Below, piece after piece: positions 35,788-44,742 of a stretch of 64,000 nt of DNA; position 1 is the first letter of the stretch, and each line of letters begins with the position of its first letter. The DNA is taken from the sequence record NC_041994.1, one strand, 5' to 3'. Made by a program: the position numbers and the translations under genes. Under the pieces are notes generated by a model. The model was not told the DNA's origin, searched no databases, and was given only the letters and a program-made list of their open reading frames with translations.

Positions 35788-36087
35788 TCAGTCCTTCAGT
35801 AGATCATTAAAGCGATTGGTTTCGAATGGGGTGGTACAGCTACAAGGCGCTATCACCGGTTCAGCCTTTTTATAGGCTGCTTGTTCTTCTTTTAATTCAG
35901 AGAGCCGAATCGTCGAGAGGGCCAGTGCAAACACCAGAACCAGGATAATACCCAGCATGTAGGTGAGGTGCACATTTTCTTTTAATACTTCGACGACAGT
36001 ACGATCCTTGAAAATGGCAGATCTGAGATAAGGCCACAAGAGGCGAAGCGCTTTGAAGAGTAATCGACCTAGATTTAAGTACGACAT
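35788..36087 (-). CDS. Small inner-membrane protein (i-spanin-like topology)
   Basis: TM YMLGIILVLVFALAL followed by a short charged helix and CSC; stop lies 2 bp before the lipoprotein start. Confidence 0.55.
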   Translation of the reverse strand: MSYLNLGRLLFKALRLLWPYLRSAIFKDRTVVEVLKENVHLTYMLGIILVLVFALALSTIRLSELKEEQAAYKKAEPVIAPCSCTTPFETNRFNDLLKD

Positions 36088-36281
36088 TTATTGCCTCTTT
36101 GTTGTTAAGCCTGAGACAATACCTACCGTCGACCTCACACAAAAGCCTTCACAGTTAGGGTAGGAATCCCATGTTGCATGTTAAGTGTTATTTCAGGATA
36201 TTGAACATTTCCACAGTTGTCAAGTAAAAAGTGGTTGATTTTATAGATGACTCAATCTACCACGGTGAGGAACCATCGTTC

Positions 36282-37595
36282 ATGTACACCTTAAAAGGCT
36301 TTTTCACGTTCGCTGGTTTGTTCAACAACCAGTTGGACCAAGTGGCACCCTTTGGAGAACTCTCCGAAGATGCCAAAAGTTACGCCAAAGACAAACTGAC
36401 TTACACTAACGGTCAGGTATCGGCTGAGACGAGTTTGGTTGTCTTCCATACCGTTAAGGACAACGTGCGCATTCCAGCGCCCGTTACCGTTTCTAACACA
36501 GCACTGACCATCGGTGCTTTCCTGATCTCCCGTGCTCGTTCGGGCCAGATCCCGGTTGATGCGTACATCTTGCGTCAGCAACTCAACGCTGAATTTGCAT
36601 CGTTGGCCACTGACTTCCAGACCGGCGCTATCTTGACTGGCGACAGTCTGCGCATGCCTGAATGGATCAGCTATAAAGACTCTTCGGCAGGCCTGGGTGA
36701 TAACACCGTCACCGTGTGGTTGTCTGATACGTCGTTCTCTAACCAGTACGATGAGTTCGACATCGAGGTCGTACCACCGATCTTGCCACTCGATGACTTC
36801 TTCAAAGATCCGCTGGTCGTTAAAGGCTTGATTGCCGATTACGACTTGGTCGAGAAGACTGACGAGGCGCAAGCCAAGAAAGGCAAGTATCCATTCACTC
36901 AGATCAAGACACTGCGCTACGACTACAACAACCCAGTCGTGCCTACTGACTTGACTCCGACGTACTGGATCGTGCTGATCTACGGTCAAGCCGGTAACAA
37001 CCCTGACTTGATTCGTGAAGCGATCGTTAAAGAAGTGCTGGACAAGTCCACGCACACCCGCGACGAGTGGGCGGTGATCCTCCCGGATCTGTTTCGTACC
37101 ACCGAGTTCATCTTCACACCGTTCTGGAATCAGTACAGCGTCCCGAACCATGAGTTCCAAGGGGGTATCTACAGCCCAACTGTGAACCCACGTGAAGTAC
37201 TGCCGGTGATCAAGCGTACCGCACGGGGCACCGGTTATACCGATGTCTACGTCGAAGGGCGTTACGAGATCTCGCAGAACATCTACAAGTCGTTGGCGTT
37301 CGGTGTTGTGGGTAACCCTGACAACCGTGATGGCCTGACTCAGTTCTCGGACAAGTTCCCAGACTACATGGTCGTGTCCAACGATAACGATGATGCTGAT
37401 CGGATGTCGGCGACCACCGTGGAATGGAGCGCACTGTTCAGCCGACTGTTGGTAGCTGCTGAAGAGATGACCATGTACACCGCCGTACCACAGGGCCTGT
37501 CCCGTGTGCAGCGTGATGGCATCGTCTACGCTTCGGGCTACTACAAGAACGTCAACTACCTCGTGGCCAGTAAGCCATCGTTGGCATCCCTGTAA
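36282..37595 (+). CDS. Virion structural protein (phiKZ gp157-like)
   Basis: MYTLKGF..NN....APFGELS..A.SY; W..I.PDLF.TTEF...PFW; GNPDNRDG...FPDY. Confidence 0.75.
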   Translation: MYTLKGFFTFAGLFNNQLDQVAPFGELSEDAKSYAKDKLTYTNGQVSAETSLVVFHTVKDNVRIPAPVTVSNTALTIGAFLISRARSGQIPVDAYILRQQLNAEFASLATDFQTGAILTGDSLRMPEWISYKDSSAGLGDNTVTVWLSDTSFSNQYDEFDIEVVPPILPLDDFFKDPLVVKGLIADYDLVEKTDEAQAKKGKYPFTQIKTLRYDYNNPVVPTDLTPTYWIVLIYGQAGNNPDLIREAIVKEVLDKSTHTRDEWAVILPDLFRTTEFIFTPFWNQYSVPNHEFQGGIYSPTVNPREVLPVIKRTARGTGYTDVYVEGRYEISQNIYKSLAFGVVGNPDNRDGLTQFSDKFPDYMVVSNDNDDADRMSATTVEWSALFSRLLVAAEEMTMYTAVPQGLSRVQRDGIVYASGYYKNVNYLVASKPSLASL

Positions 37596-37630
37596 CGACA
37601 TATCGGGGTGGGTGACCACCCCGGTTATGT

Positions 37631-38137
37631 TTGAGTCGAGTTCCCGTTATGCTTGACCTTGATATTCCGTTTGCGTCGAACACGCTGGCGACCAATACGA
37701 CGACGTTGTTGTTCACACGGATCGCAACACGTTATCCGACGTTGGGTATTACACCCGATACTCACTTCATCAAAGCTGTTCAACAAATGCCGACGCGTTA
37801 TCGTCCTTGGCGTTCTGTGGCGATCATTCGTTCCAAGACTGATCCGATGTATGAGCAGTTGTTTCGTTATGACCGTTGGCCGGTGTCGCGTTATATCACC
37901 AACCCAGTCTTTGCCAATGGTGAGTTGCCAGCGGTACAGGAGATGGATGAGCCGGCATTAGTACAAGCCCTGCGTGCGATGTTGAACCTCAACATCACGG
38001 CTGAGGACTTCCTAGTCCGTCCGGCGGGTATCCTTTATATCGGTGGGGAACAACGTCCTAACTGGCGCTTGACGGCTGCACCGAACTCCCCGTTCTGGTA
38101 TGCCGACTCGGTTGTTTGGTTACACACGCCGCCTTAA
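37631..38137 (+). CDS. Putative virion structural protein
   Basis: 168 aa, TTG start (alternative ATG at 37649), in a late-type cluster. Confidence 0.6.
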   Translation: MSRVPVMLDLDIPFASNTLATNTTTLLFTRIATRYPTLGITPDTHFIKAVQQMPTRYRPWRSVAIIRSKTDPMYEQLFRYDRWPVSRYITNPVFANGELPAVQEMDEPALVQALRAMLNLNITAEDFLVRPAGILYIGGEQRPNWRLTAAPNSPFWYADSVVWLHTPP

Positions 38138-38169
38138 TCCTGTGAAACTTACCTTGGAAGGAATTCCCC

Positions 38170-38784
38170 ATGGCGCTTAATGTACCGCCACCGGGCACGC
38201 GTGGCTTGTACAGTCTGAAAGCACCGTTCACGACTGTGCCTAACCAGCTGTACAGTTGCGGTGCCATTCGGTTCTTCAAAGATCTTCAGAACCAAGGGAT
38301 CAATGTCTACGAGAAGTACTATCAACCGTTGAACCTGACGGAGTCTGATTACTCTCGTGACTTGGCGGCGGGTGTGGCGATCATCAGCCTGCTGAGTGAT
38401 TCACAGGCACCGGTATACGTACCGAGCTCGTACATCCTGGCCTACCCTGGGCTCACCAGCTACAACTACCAGTATGTGGTCTTGAGCATCGCTCTGGGCG
38501 CACTGCCGGATTCGCTTGATCTTACGTTCCTCAAAACACAACTGGCTACTACCGCGTCTGAAGTCGTGGGTGTGTTACCGACCGTGTTCGAGAACATTGC
38601 ACCTGCCACCGGTGTGGTCACCCCGGAGCAGCACGATGCGATGGAAGCAGCGCGTCAAGCGGCCATCAGCAACCGCACTACCGACCGCGCGCTTTACCTC
38701 GTGGAGCGTGATAAACGCATCGCACTGGAAGCTAAACTGGCAGCCCTGGAACAGTTGGTCATCGACAAAGGTCTGCTTACCTGA
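38170..38784 (+). CDS. Putative virion/baseplate protein
   Basis: 204 aa; PP.G.RG.Y.L..PF, YVPSSYILAYP, LS.ALGALP motifs; GGAA RBS. Confidence 0.65.
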   Translation: MALNVPPPGTRGLYSLKAPFTTVPNQLYSCGAIRFFKDLQNQGINVYEKYYQPLNLTESDYSRDLAAGVAIISLLSDSQAPVYVPSSYILAYPGLTSYNYQYVVLSIALGALPDSLDLTFLKTQLATTASEVVGVLPTVFENIAPATGVVTPEQHDAMEAARQAAISNRTTDRALYLVERDKRIALEAKLAALEQLVIDKGLLT

Positions 38785-38822
38785 CAACCATATGTAGTCA
38801 CTTTCTGAAACTGGAGTACCGC

Positions 38823-40961
38823 ATGAGCGAGAATAACCTGTCTTGGCTGGAGCGCGTGTCGAATGAAGATTCGACCAATGTGAACCTCAAGCCGGAAGGC
38901 GTCGACACCAAAAACGACGAAGCCGAAAACATCGTCGAAGGTGACGAGAAGATGACGGCTGAGGGCGTCGACAAAAAGAACAACCACGAAGTCGTCATCA
39001 AAGACGACACCACCGTCGAAGACAACGCCGTCGTCAAGAAAGCCGACAGCGAAATCGGCGTGAAGGTTTCCAAGGAAGATGGCGATCAAAAGCCTGACTT
39101 CGAAATCAACCTGCAAACCGGCAAGCCTTCGAAGGAAGATGCCGAAGAGGAGGAAGAAGAAGGTGATCAACCTCTCCCTGACGAAGTTGGCGCTCCGGGT
39201 GAACCAGGCGCTGATGAGCCTTTCGTCCCAGCCGGCGACGAGCCAACCGATACCATCCCAGCCGGTGAAGAACCAGCCATCCCAGCCGAGCCAGCTGTAG
39301 AGCCTGGTGCGGATCAAGGCGTGATCGACGAGGGTATCCCTGCTGTGGCCGAGAATGCTCCGGTGCCTACGGGCGACGAGCTGACCGAACCCGCTGCACC
39401 GACCGAGCCGGTTGATCCTGCTTTGGCTGAAGAGCCTGTGATCGACGAAACCACTGTCGACGCACCAGTGGTCGAAGACGGTACGGCCGCTCCACTGCCA
39501 GTGGCTGGTGGTGAAACCGAACCGGCTATCGGCGCTGACACTCCTGTCGATGCGGCCGCTGCTGGCGCTGAAGGTAGCGACGTTCAAGCTGAGCTGGAAA
39601 CCGGCGATGCTGGCCTGCCTCCGATCAACGAAGAAACCCCACCGGAAGCTGAAAAGATTCCTGTGGCTATCGACCCGATCATCGAGATCAAAGAAGGCAC
39701 CGACGCTGCTGTGGCTGATGCCATCGCTGACGGCGAACCACTGATCGAAGAAGAGCAGCCAGAAGCGTTCGACGACGAAGCCGCCGATACCGGTGAAGGC
39801 GAGTTCGATGAACAACTGGAAGACGTCGAAGACCTGAGCGCCATGCAAGTGGCCGTTGAAGGCTACGACAAAATCCTGCGTGAACTCGATGCCCGTGGCG
39901 AGCCCGTGTCGCCTGCTCTCGCTCAGTCGATCCACATCGGCCTGCGTTCGTTCCGTGACAAAGTCCTGATCGAAGGCGTGCCTTCGGTTGAAGACTTCAA
40001 GGACTCCATCGGCGTGCTGACTGTTTCCCAAGAACTCATGAACGACATGGGTGACAAGGTGAAGGCTGTCGGCGAAGCGGTGATGAACGCCATCAAGCGT
40101 CTGCTGGAAATCCTGGTCAACACTGCGGCTGAAATCAAGAACGACGTACCGGGCATGCTTCAGAAGAACGACGAGTTGGCCAAGCGTCTGTCTGCTATTC
40201 AGACCCCGTACAAAGGTCAGGTTGATGTCAGTGGTGCCAGTCGTCTGTTCGTCAAGAACAACTTCGTCGGTGATCAGGGCGTGAACTACGCGCAACTGCG
40301 TACCTTCGCTGACCGCTTCATGATCGACTATCCGAAGTTCTACGCCACCTTGGCTGCCAACATCGAGAAGTCGTGGTTCTCCACCTACGACATGGACAAC
40401 GGTGGTGAGCACGACCTGACCGAGTTGGCTGTGATCATCGGTGAAGGCTTCCGTCCAGGCATGTTCGGCGTGGTGCAAACCAACGACGTACCGAACGGTG
40501 AGCGCTACGACAACAACTTCGCCTCGCCTCTGTTGCTGGGCAATGGTCGCGTTGTGGTGCACATGTCCAAGTCGGCTACCAAAGCAGGCGTGGCTTCGCT
40601 CTCTGATGTCTGGAGCGTTGAGTTCGCCCGTGTCGACGGTGGTGCTAACCCATCGATGTCGGTATCGATCCCTGACCTGCATCAACTGAAGGGCGTGCTG
40701 GGTGAGTTGGACAAGCTGATCAAGCAAGTTCCGTACTACACCGAAGCCACCCGCAAGATGGCACAAGACCAGCGCATGACCAAGGTCTTCACCCATCGCA
40801 TGCTGGTTGGTGTACTGGGTGAGCACGGTGCGTCGGGTCTGGTTGCTTCCATGACCAAACCTACCGGTCAGTTCATCGGCCATGTCGTCAACACCATCAA
40901 GGTCGCTCAGCGTTTCATCGAGTACTGCATCAAGACTCACGAATCGCAAGGCAAAGCGTAA
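38823..40961 (+). CDS. Inner head (ejection) protein, phiKZ gp162/gp93-97 family, with long acidic propeptide
   Basis: Glu/Pro/Ala-rich N-terminal half, then PSVEDF...VSQE.M.D.GDKVKAVGEAV.NAIKRLLEIL. Confidence 0.78.
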   Translation: MSENNLSWLERVSNEDSTNVNLKPEGVDTKNDEAENIVEGDEKMTAEGVDKKNNHEVVIKDDTTVEDNAVVKKADSEIGVKVSKEDGDQKPDFEINLQTGKPSKEDAEEEEEEGDQPLPDEVGAPGEPGADEPFVPAGDEPTDTIPAGEEPAIPAEPAVEPGADQGVIDEGIPAVAENAPVPTGDELTEPAAPTEPVDPALAEEPVIDETTVDAPVVEDGTAAPLPVAGGETEPAIGADTPVDAAAAGAEGSDVQAELETGDAGLPPINEETPPEAEKIPVAIDPIIEIKEGTDAAVADAIADGEPLIEEEQPEAFDDEAADTGEGEFDEQLEDVEDLSAMQVAVEGYDKILRELDARGEPVSPALAQSIHIGLRSFRDKVLIEGVPSVEDFKDSIGVLTVSQELMNDMGDKVKAVGEAVMNAIKRLLEILVNTAAEIKNDVPGMLQKNDELAKRLSAIQTPYKGQVDVSGASRLFVKNNFVGDQGVNYAQLRTFADRFMIDYPKFYATLAANIEKSWFSTYDMDNGGEHDLTELAVIIGEGFRPGMFGVVQTNDVPNGERYDNNFASPLLLGNGRVVVHMSKSATKAGVASLSDVWSVEFARVDGGANPSMSVSIPDLHQLKGVLGELDKLIKQVPYYTEATRKMAQDQRMTKVFTHRMLVGVLGEHGASGLVASMTKPTGQFIGHVVNTIKVAQRFIEYCIKTHESQGKA

Positions 40962-41009
40962 CCGTTAGGGGGTGGGCAACCACCCCCACTTATTTCACTT
41001 GAGGTTGAC

Positions 41010-42203
41010 ATGGTCGCTACTACATTTAAGGAATCGACCGGTGATCTCGACCACATGTTCAAGCTGCATTGTGCACTGGAAGCCTACGGGGAACTCCTCG
41101 GTGGTGATGAGGTAGATATCGACAGCTCACTGGGTCGTTCGATCCAGCTGGGTATGGAGAGCATCGACCCCAGTATCGATTTGAAAGAAGGTTCCTACAT
41201 CACCCTGCGGATGATCAAGGAAGGCGTTATCAAAGTGGCGAAAGCTACGCGAGAAGCCATCCGGGTACTGCTGGAGATCGTGGGTAACCTCTACGTCAAG
41301 TTCACAGGCAGTCTGGGCCGTGTTCGCGGTCACCAGAAGGCGGTGTCCAAGCGGATCGGTCGTTTGGGTAACCGTGTGTCGTACAAGCAGATGGAGATCT
41401 CCGGGATCAACCGTCTGTCGGTCAACGGTAGTTTTGTGGGCGATAACGTTGAAGTATTGGGCGCTATCCGCAACATCAGTGAACACCTGCTGAACAAACA
41501 CCCGGCTACCGTGGTTAAGGTAGCACGTGTGTGCAGCCGTCGCTTTGTCGATCTGGTGGAGTCTAACCAAGGCTCTTCCAAGAAAGAGTTGGCGCAGGCG
41601 GGGATGCAGACGTTCATTGATACGCTGCAAGCGGCTGTCGTACCCGTGGCAGGTCAACAACCGGTGAAGGCCGGTGAGTTGTCGGGTAGCTTCACCAGCG
41701 GTCGTTATCTGCGCAGTGAGGTAATGCCGGGGAACTGGGCATTGGTTTACACCAACCTCGCTGAAGCGGTACGTGGGGGTGCTCAAAGCCCTGACATGTA
41801 CGCCAACGTGATCAAACAGGCCTTCCGTATTGAGTTCGTGGAACTGTCGCTGAACACAGCCGACCGTGCCCCACGGACGATGGATGTGCCTTCGATCCGT
41901 ACGTTGACTCAGTTGGTGGATGGGATCTCCAAGATCCTGGATGTCGCTGAGAAAGCAGAAGCCGGGCGTCGTGACTTCGCTACAGTGAAGACTGTTGTGG
42001 ATGATGCGATCCGTCAGGTGATGGATGTACCGGAAGGTTCGGATGGTGCGGCGAATACCACCGTGATCCAAATGCTGGGTAGCATGTCCGAGGTGCTCGC
42101 TGCACCTATGGATAGCTTCACGCATTGGGTAGCAGTGACGCTGAACATCTACCTGAACTTTATCGACCACTGTATCAAGCACTACGAAGTGGATGGTGTC
42201 TAA
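41010..42203 (+). CDS. Inner head protein, gp163-like paralogue
   Basis: ALEAY and GMESI protease-type sites; C-terminal helix parallel to the preceding gene (FIDHCIKHY vs FIEYCIKTH). Confidence 0.72.
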   Translation: MVATTFKESTGDLDHMFKLHCALEAYGELLGGDEVDIDSSLGRSIQLGMESIDPSIDLKEGSYITLRMIKEGVIKVAKATREAIRVLLEIVGNLYVKFTGSLGRVRGHQKAVSKRIGRLGNRVSYKQMEISGINRLSVNGSFVGDNVEVLGAIRNISEHLLNKHPATVVKVARVCSRRFVDLVESNQGSSKKELAQAGMQTFIDTLQAAVVPVAGQQPVKAGELSGSFTSGRYLRSEVMPGNWALVYTNLAEAVRGGAQSPDMYANVIKQAFRIEFVELSLNTADRAPRTMDVPSIRTLTQLVDGISKILDVAEKAEAGRRDFATVKTVVDDAIRQVMDVPEGSDGAANTTVIQMLGSMSEVLAAPMDSFTHWVAVTLNIYLNFIDHCIKHYEVDGV

Positions 42204-42275
42204 ATGTACAAGTATCCCTGGGAACGCCTGACGTGGACTCCGCCGGGTTTGGGTTACATCCCCAAGTCCAAGTAA
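42204..42275 (+). CDS. Possible 23-aa microprotein MYKYPWERLTWTPPGLGYIPKSK
   Basis: ATG directly abuts the preceding TAA; its stop lies just before a terminator hairpin. Confidence 0.3.
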   Translation: MYKYPWERLTWTPPGLGYIPKSK

Positions 42276-42278
42276 CGA

Positions 42279-42314
42279 ACATACGGCCTGCCTCTCGGGG
42301 CAGGCTTTATGCCG
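42279..42314 (+). terminator. Hairpin-TTTATGCCG element
   Basis: CATACG-GCCTGCC-TCTCGG-GGCAGGC-TTTATGCCG. Confidence 0.7.
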
Positions 42315-42404
42315 AGAATTACATTTAGCCGTAATCTAGTGCTGGGCATTCCAGCTTGTCCCCCATTGGGACCTTCACCCATTATACCCACATAGGGCTT
42401 TATC

Positions 42405-43367
42405 ATGGTCAATGCAGCAAAAGCACAAAAAGTCTGTCTGGAACTTATTCGCTGTGCGATGAATCAAGACTGTACGTACTTTAACCGAGTGCATGAAATC
42501 ATTCATGGCGTTAGTGATGACACGTCCGAAGAGGAAGTGCAGGAAACCAACGACATCATTAACTTCTTGGCTGATTGGTTCCGCAGCAAGAACATGCCGC
42601 GTCTGACGGTGTTGATCAACAGCGACCGCCATGCCATGGGCGTGGGTCGTGGTTTCTGGAAGAATCTTGGTGTCGCTATGAAAGTCGACACAGAATTATT
42701 CATGCCGATGTATACATTCTTCCGCATGGAGTGTTACGCTTACTTCGATGCGTTCTGTGGCCATAGCGCTAAATTGCAGGAACGCGTACTGCAAGGTCTC
42801 TACCATGCTCGGCGTGACGAGTCGGTAAACAGTGCCGAGATCATGCTCGCCGTTACCGACCAGGTTGAGTTCTTCGCCCGTGCCAGCACCAGTAACGAAC
42901 AGATCCATCTGCCACCGACTGAAGATGCACTGATTCCACAACACCCACATCGGGACTTCTTCATCAACATGTCGAAGTGGTTGGATCGTGCATGCCATGC
43001 CAATGATACTGGACACATCGTCTGGGACATGGAGTTCGTACGTGGGGCATTGAGGAAGCTGCGCCGTGAGTTCACACTTACCTTGCCGATTGGTCCTGAG
43101 CATAAACTGTTCAGCCTGACGCTGGCGCGTGAGTTGAAAGAGAACCAAGCATACATGGCCACCATCGAAGAAATCGAAATGGTCACCGTGTGCAATATCG
43201 ACCACCCTGGTCAGGCGATGATTGAACACACACCCGTTAGCAATGGTAAGTTGGTTACCAGTCAAGAAGGTGCCCGCCGTAATATGTGTGGTGTCGGCAT
43301 GGCGGGGGTGCCCGCCGTAATATGTGTGGTGTCGGCATGGCGGGTGGATACCCTATCAATGCCGTAG
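42405..43367 (+). CDS. Hypothetical protein; C-terminus frameshifted by a 38-bp duplication
   Basis: 320 aa as read; without the duplication the frame continues to TAA at 43454-43456, next to the terminator. Confidence 0.65.
   Translation: MVNAAKAQKVCLELIRCAMNQDCTYFNRVHEIIHGVSDDTSEEEVQETNDIINFLADWFRSKNMPRLTVLINSDRHAMGVGRGFWKNLGVAMKVDTELFMPMYTFFRMECYAYFDAFCGHSAKLQERVLQGLYHARRDESVNSAEIMLAVTDQVEFFARASTSNEQIHLPPTEDALIPQHPHRDFFINMSKWLDRACHANDTGHIVWDMEFVRGALRKLRREFTLTLPIGPEHKLFSLTLARELKENQAYMATIEEIEMVTVCNIDHPGQAMIEHTPVSNGKLVTSQEGARRNMCGVGMAGVPAVICVVSAWRVDTLSMP
43269..43344 (+). repeat. Perfect 38-bp tandem duplication
   Basis: GGTGCCCGCCGTAATATGTGTGGTGTCGGCATGGCGGG occurs twice (43269-43306, 43307-43344). 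Confidence 0.97.
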
Positions 43368-43457
43368 CCGATCGTGAGCAGTGTGTCTTTGCTGCGGCGA
43401 CGCTCGATATACCTGCCACCCACGTCACCATCAACGTGTCGTTCCGCATGGGCTAAA

Positions 43458-43493
43458 CATAGGCCTGCCCTTCGGGGCAGGCTTTATGCCGTC
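43458..43493 (+). terminator. Hairpin-TTTATGCCG element
   Basis: CATAG-GCCTGCCC-TTCG-GGGCAGGC-TTTATGCCGTC. Confidence 0.75.
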
Positions 43494-43499
43494 TAAGAC

Positions 43500-43565
43500 T
43501 TGACTCGAATAAATTTAAGAACTATATTGTCTTTGTGAATTAGGAGCAATAAGGTTCTTAGTCAC
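43500..43565 (+). promoter_or_regulatory. Promoter TTGACT-17bp-TATATT plus leader hairpin (copy 2)
   Basis: TTGACT 43500-43505, TATATT 43523-43528, GTGAATTAGGAGC...GGTTCTTAGTCAC. Confidence 0.75.
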
Positions 43566-43588
43566 TATCCCTTTTAAGGAATAAAGTC

Positions 43589-43975
43589 ATGTTGAAAGAA
43601 ATCGGTAAAGCAATCCTGATGCGCGCTGTCTCTGTTCTGATCGCTATCGCCCTGGTAGCCGCCTACGCCAACTTCAAGGAATCCATGAAGCAGCGTCGTA
43701 AGCTGGCCCTGGATGCAGCCAAGGCATCGAACAAAGTTAGCCAACTCACCGGCGTACAGCTGATGGAACAACTGCTCAAAGAACTGTCGGCAGAAGTAGA
43801 AGCCCAACTGGCTACCTACGAAACCGCCACCGCTGAAGTCAAGTCTAAGATGAAGACTGACCTGATGGTGTTCTGGGCGGCACGTGGTAGCAAGATCGAT
43901 AACGGTTCTATCCGTGACATCTATCTGACCACCGTAAACAACATCGCCAATACGGCTTTCCCTGAGAAAGCTTGA
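43589..43975 (+). CDS. Small N-terminally membrane-anchored early protein
   Basis: 128 aa; AILMRAVSVLIAIALVAAY hydrophobic segment; AAGGA RBS. Confidence 0.7.
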   Translation: MLKEIGKAILMRAVSVLIAIALVAAYANFKESMKQRRKLALDAAKASNKVSQLTGVQLMEQLLKELSAEVEAQLATYETATAEVKSKMKTDLMVFWAARGSKIDNGSIRDIYLTTVNNIANTAFPEKA

Positions 43976-44038
43976 TTGGAAAAGATTTAAGAACTATATT
44001 GTCCTGGTGAATTAGGAGCAGTAACCTGCTCCTTACAC
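43972..44038 (+). promoter_or_regulatory. Promoter TTGATT-17bp-TATATT plus leader hairpin (copy 3)
   Basis: TTGATT 43972-43977, TATATT 43995-44000, GTGAATTAGGAGCAG-TAAC-CTGCTCCTTACAC. Confidence 0.72.
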
Positions 44039-44057
44039 TTCTATCGGAGTTAAAAGA

Positions 44058-44399
44058 ATGAACGTATCCAACATTGTTAAAACCGCCGCTATCGGTGTTG
44101 CAGTAGGTGCTGTTGTAATCGGTGTCGGCCGGCTGATTAACGGTGTTGGTACCTACCTCGGCGAAGCAGCTGCACTGGGTATTGCTGCCAACGCAGTCGA
44201 TTCCCAGATCGATCAACTCGTTGCCGATGCTCGTGAAGCTGGCGATGAGAATTGGCGTGCTGCTGCACACATGGCTTTCGACCAACTCTGGTCTACCATG
44301 TCTGCCGGTGTACCAAAGAACAAAGCTTACAAACAGGTTACTGCGGCGTTGACCAAACGCTTCGAAAAACAACTCAGCTCGATCACCGATAAGGAATAA
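44058..44399 (+). CDS. Small membrane-anchored early protein
   Basis: 113 aa; AAIGVAVGAVVIGVG segment; GGAG RBS. Confidence 0.7.
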   Translation: MNVSNIVKTAAIGVAVGAVVIGVGRLINGVGTYLGEAAALGIAANAVDSQIDQLVADAREAGDENWRAAAHMAFDQLWSTMSAGVPKNKAYKQVTAALTKRFEKQLSSITDKE

Positions 44400-44403
44400 T
44401 GCA

Positions 44404-44550
44404 ATGTCCTTCAAGCAAACTGTACAAAGCACTACTGCCGATGTCAAAGTGATCGGCAAAGCAACTCTGCAAGGTGTCGGTCAAGGCATCAAAATCGGTG
44501 TGGCATTCCTGCCTATCACCATCGCCCTGTATGTCATCAGCCGCATCTAA
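44404..44550 (+). CDS. 48-aa hydrophobic peptide
   Basis: Hand-translated MSFKQTVQSTTADVKVIGKATLQGVGQGIKIGVAFLPITIALYVISRI; AAGGA RBS. Confidence 0.6.
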   Translation: MSFKQTVQSTTADVKVIGKATLQGVGQGIKIGVAFLPITIALYVISRI

Positions 44551-44564
44551 CCCGGAGCATCATC

Positions 44565-44681
44565 ATGAAAAACGACGTTAAAGAAATCGCAAAAATGACT
44601 GGCTACTTCATGGGCGTTGTTATCGGCCTGTCGATCGTATCCATCACCGTTCGCAAAGTAGTTGACGCAGCCTTTGACTGA
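44565..44681 (+). CDS. 38-aa single-TM peptide
   Basis: Hand-translated MKNDVKEIAKMTGYFMGVVIGLSIVSITVRKVVDAAFD; GGAG RBS. Confidence 0.6.
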   Translation: MKNDVKEIAKMTGYFMGVVIGLSIVSITVRKVVDAAFD

Positions 44682-44742
44682 TCACTACAGCCCGACGTCC
44701 TACACACCAAAACCTAAACCTATTAAATCGGAAGACACTACC

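Noticed and set aside
36088-36281. AT-rich intergenic gap as a tRNA or ncRNA
   Set aside because: No cloverleaf or strong structure seen; consistent with a divergent promoter region.
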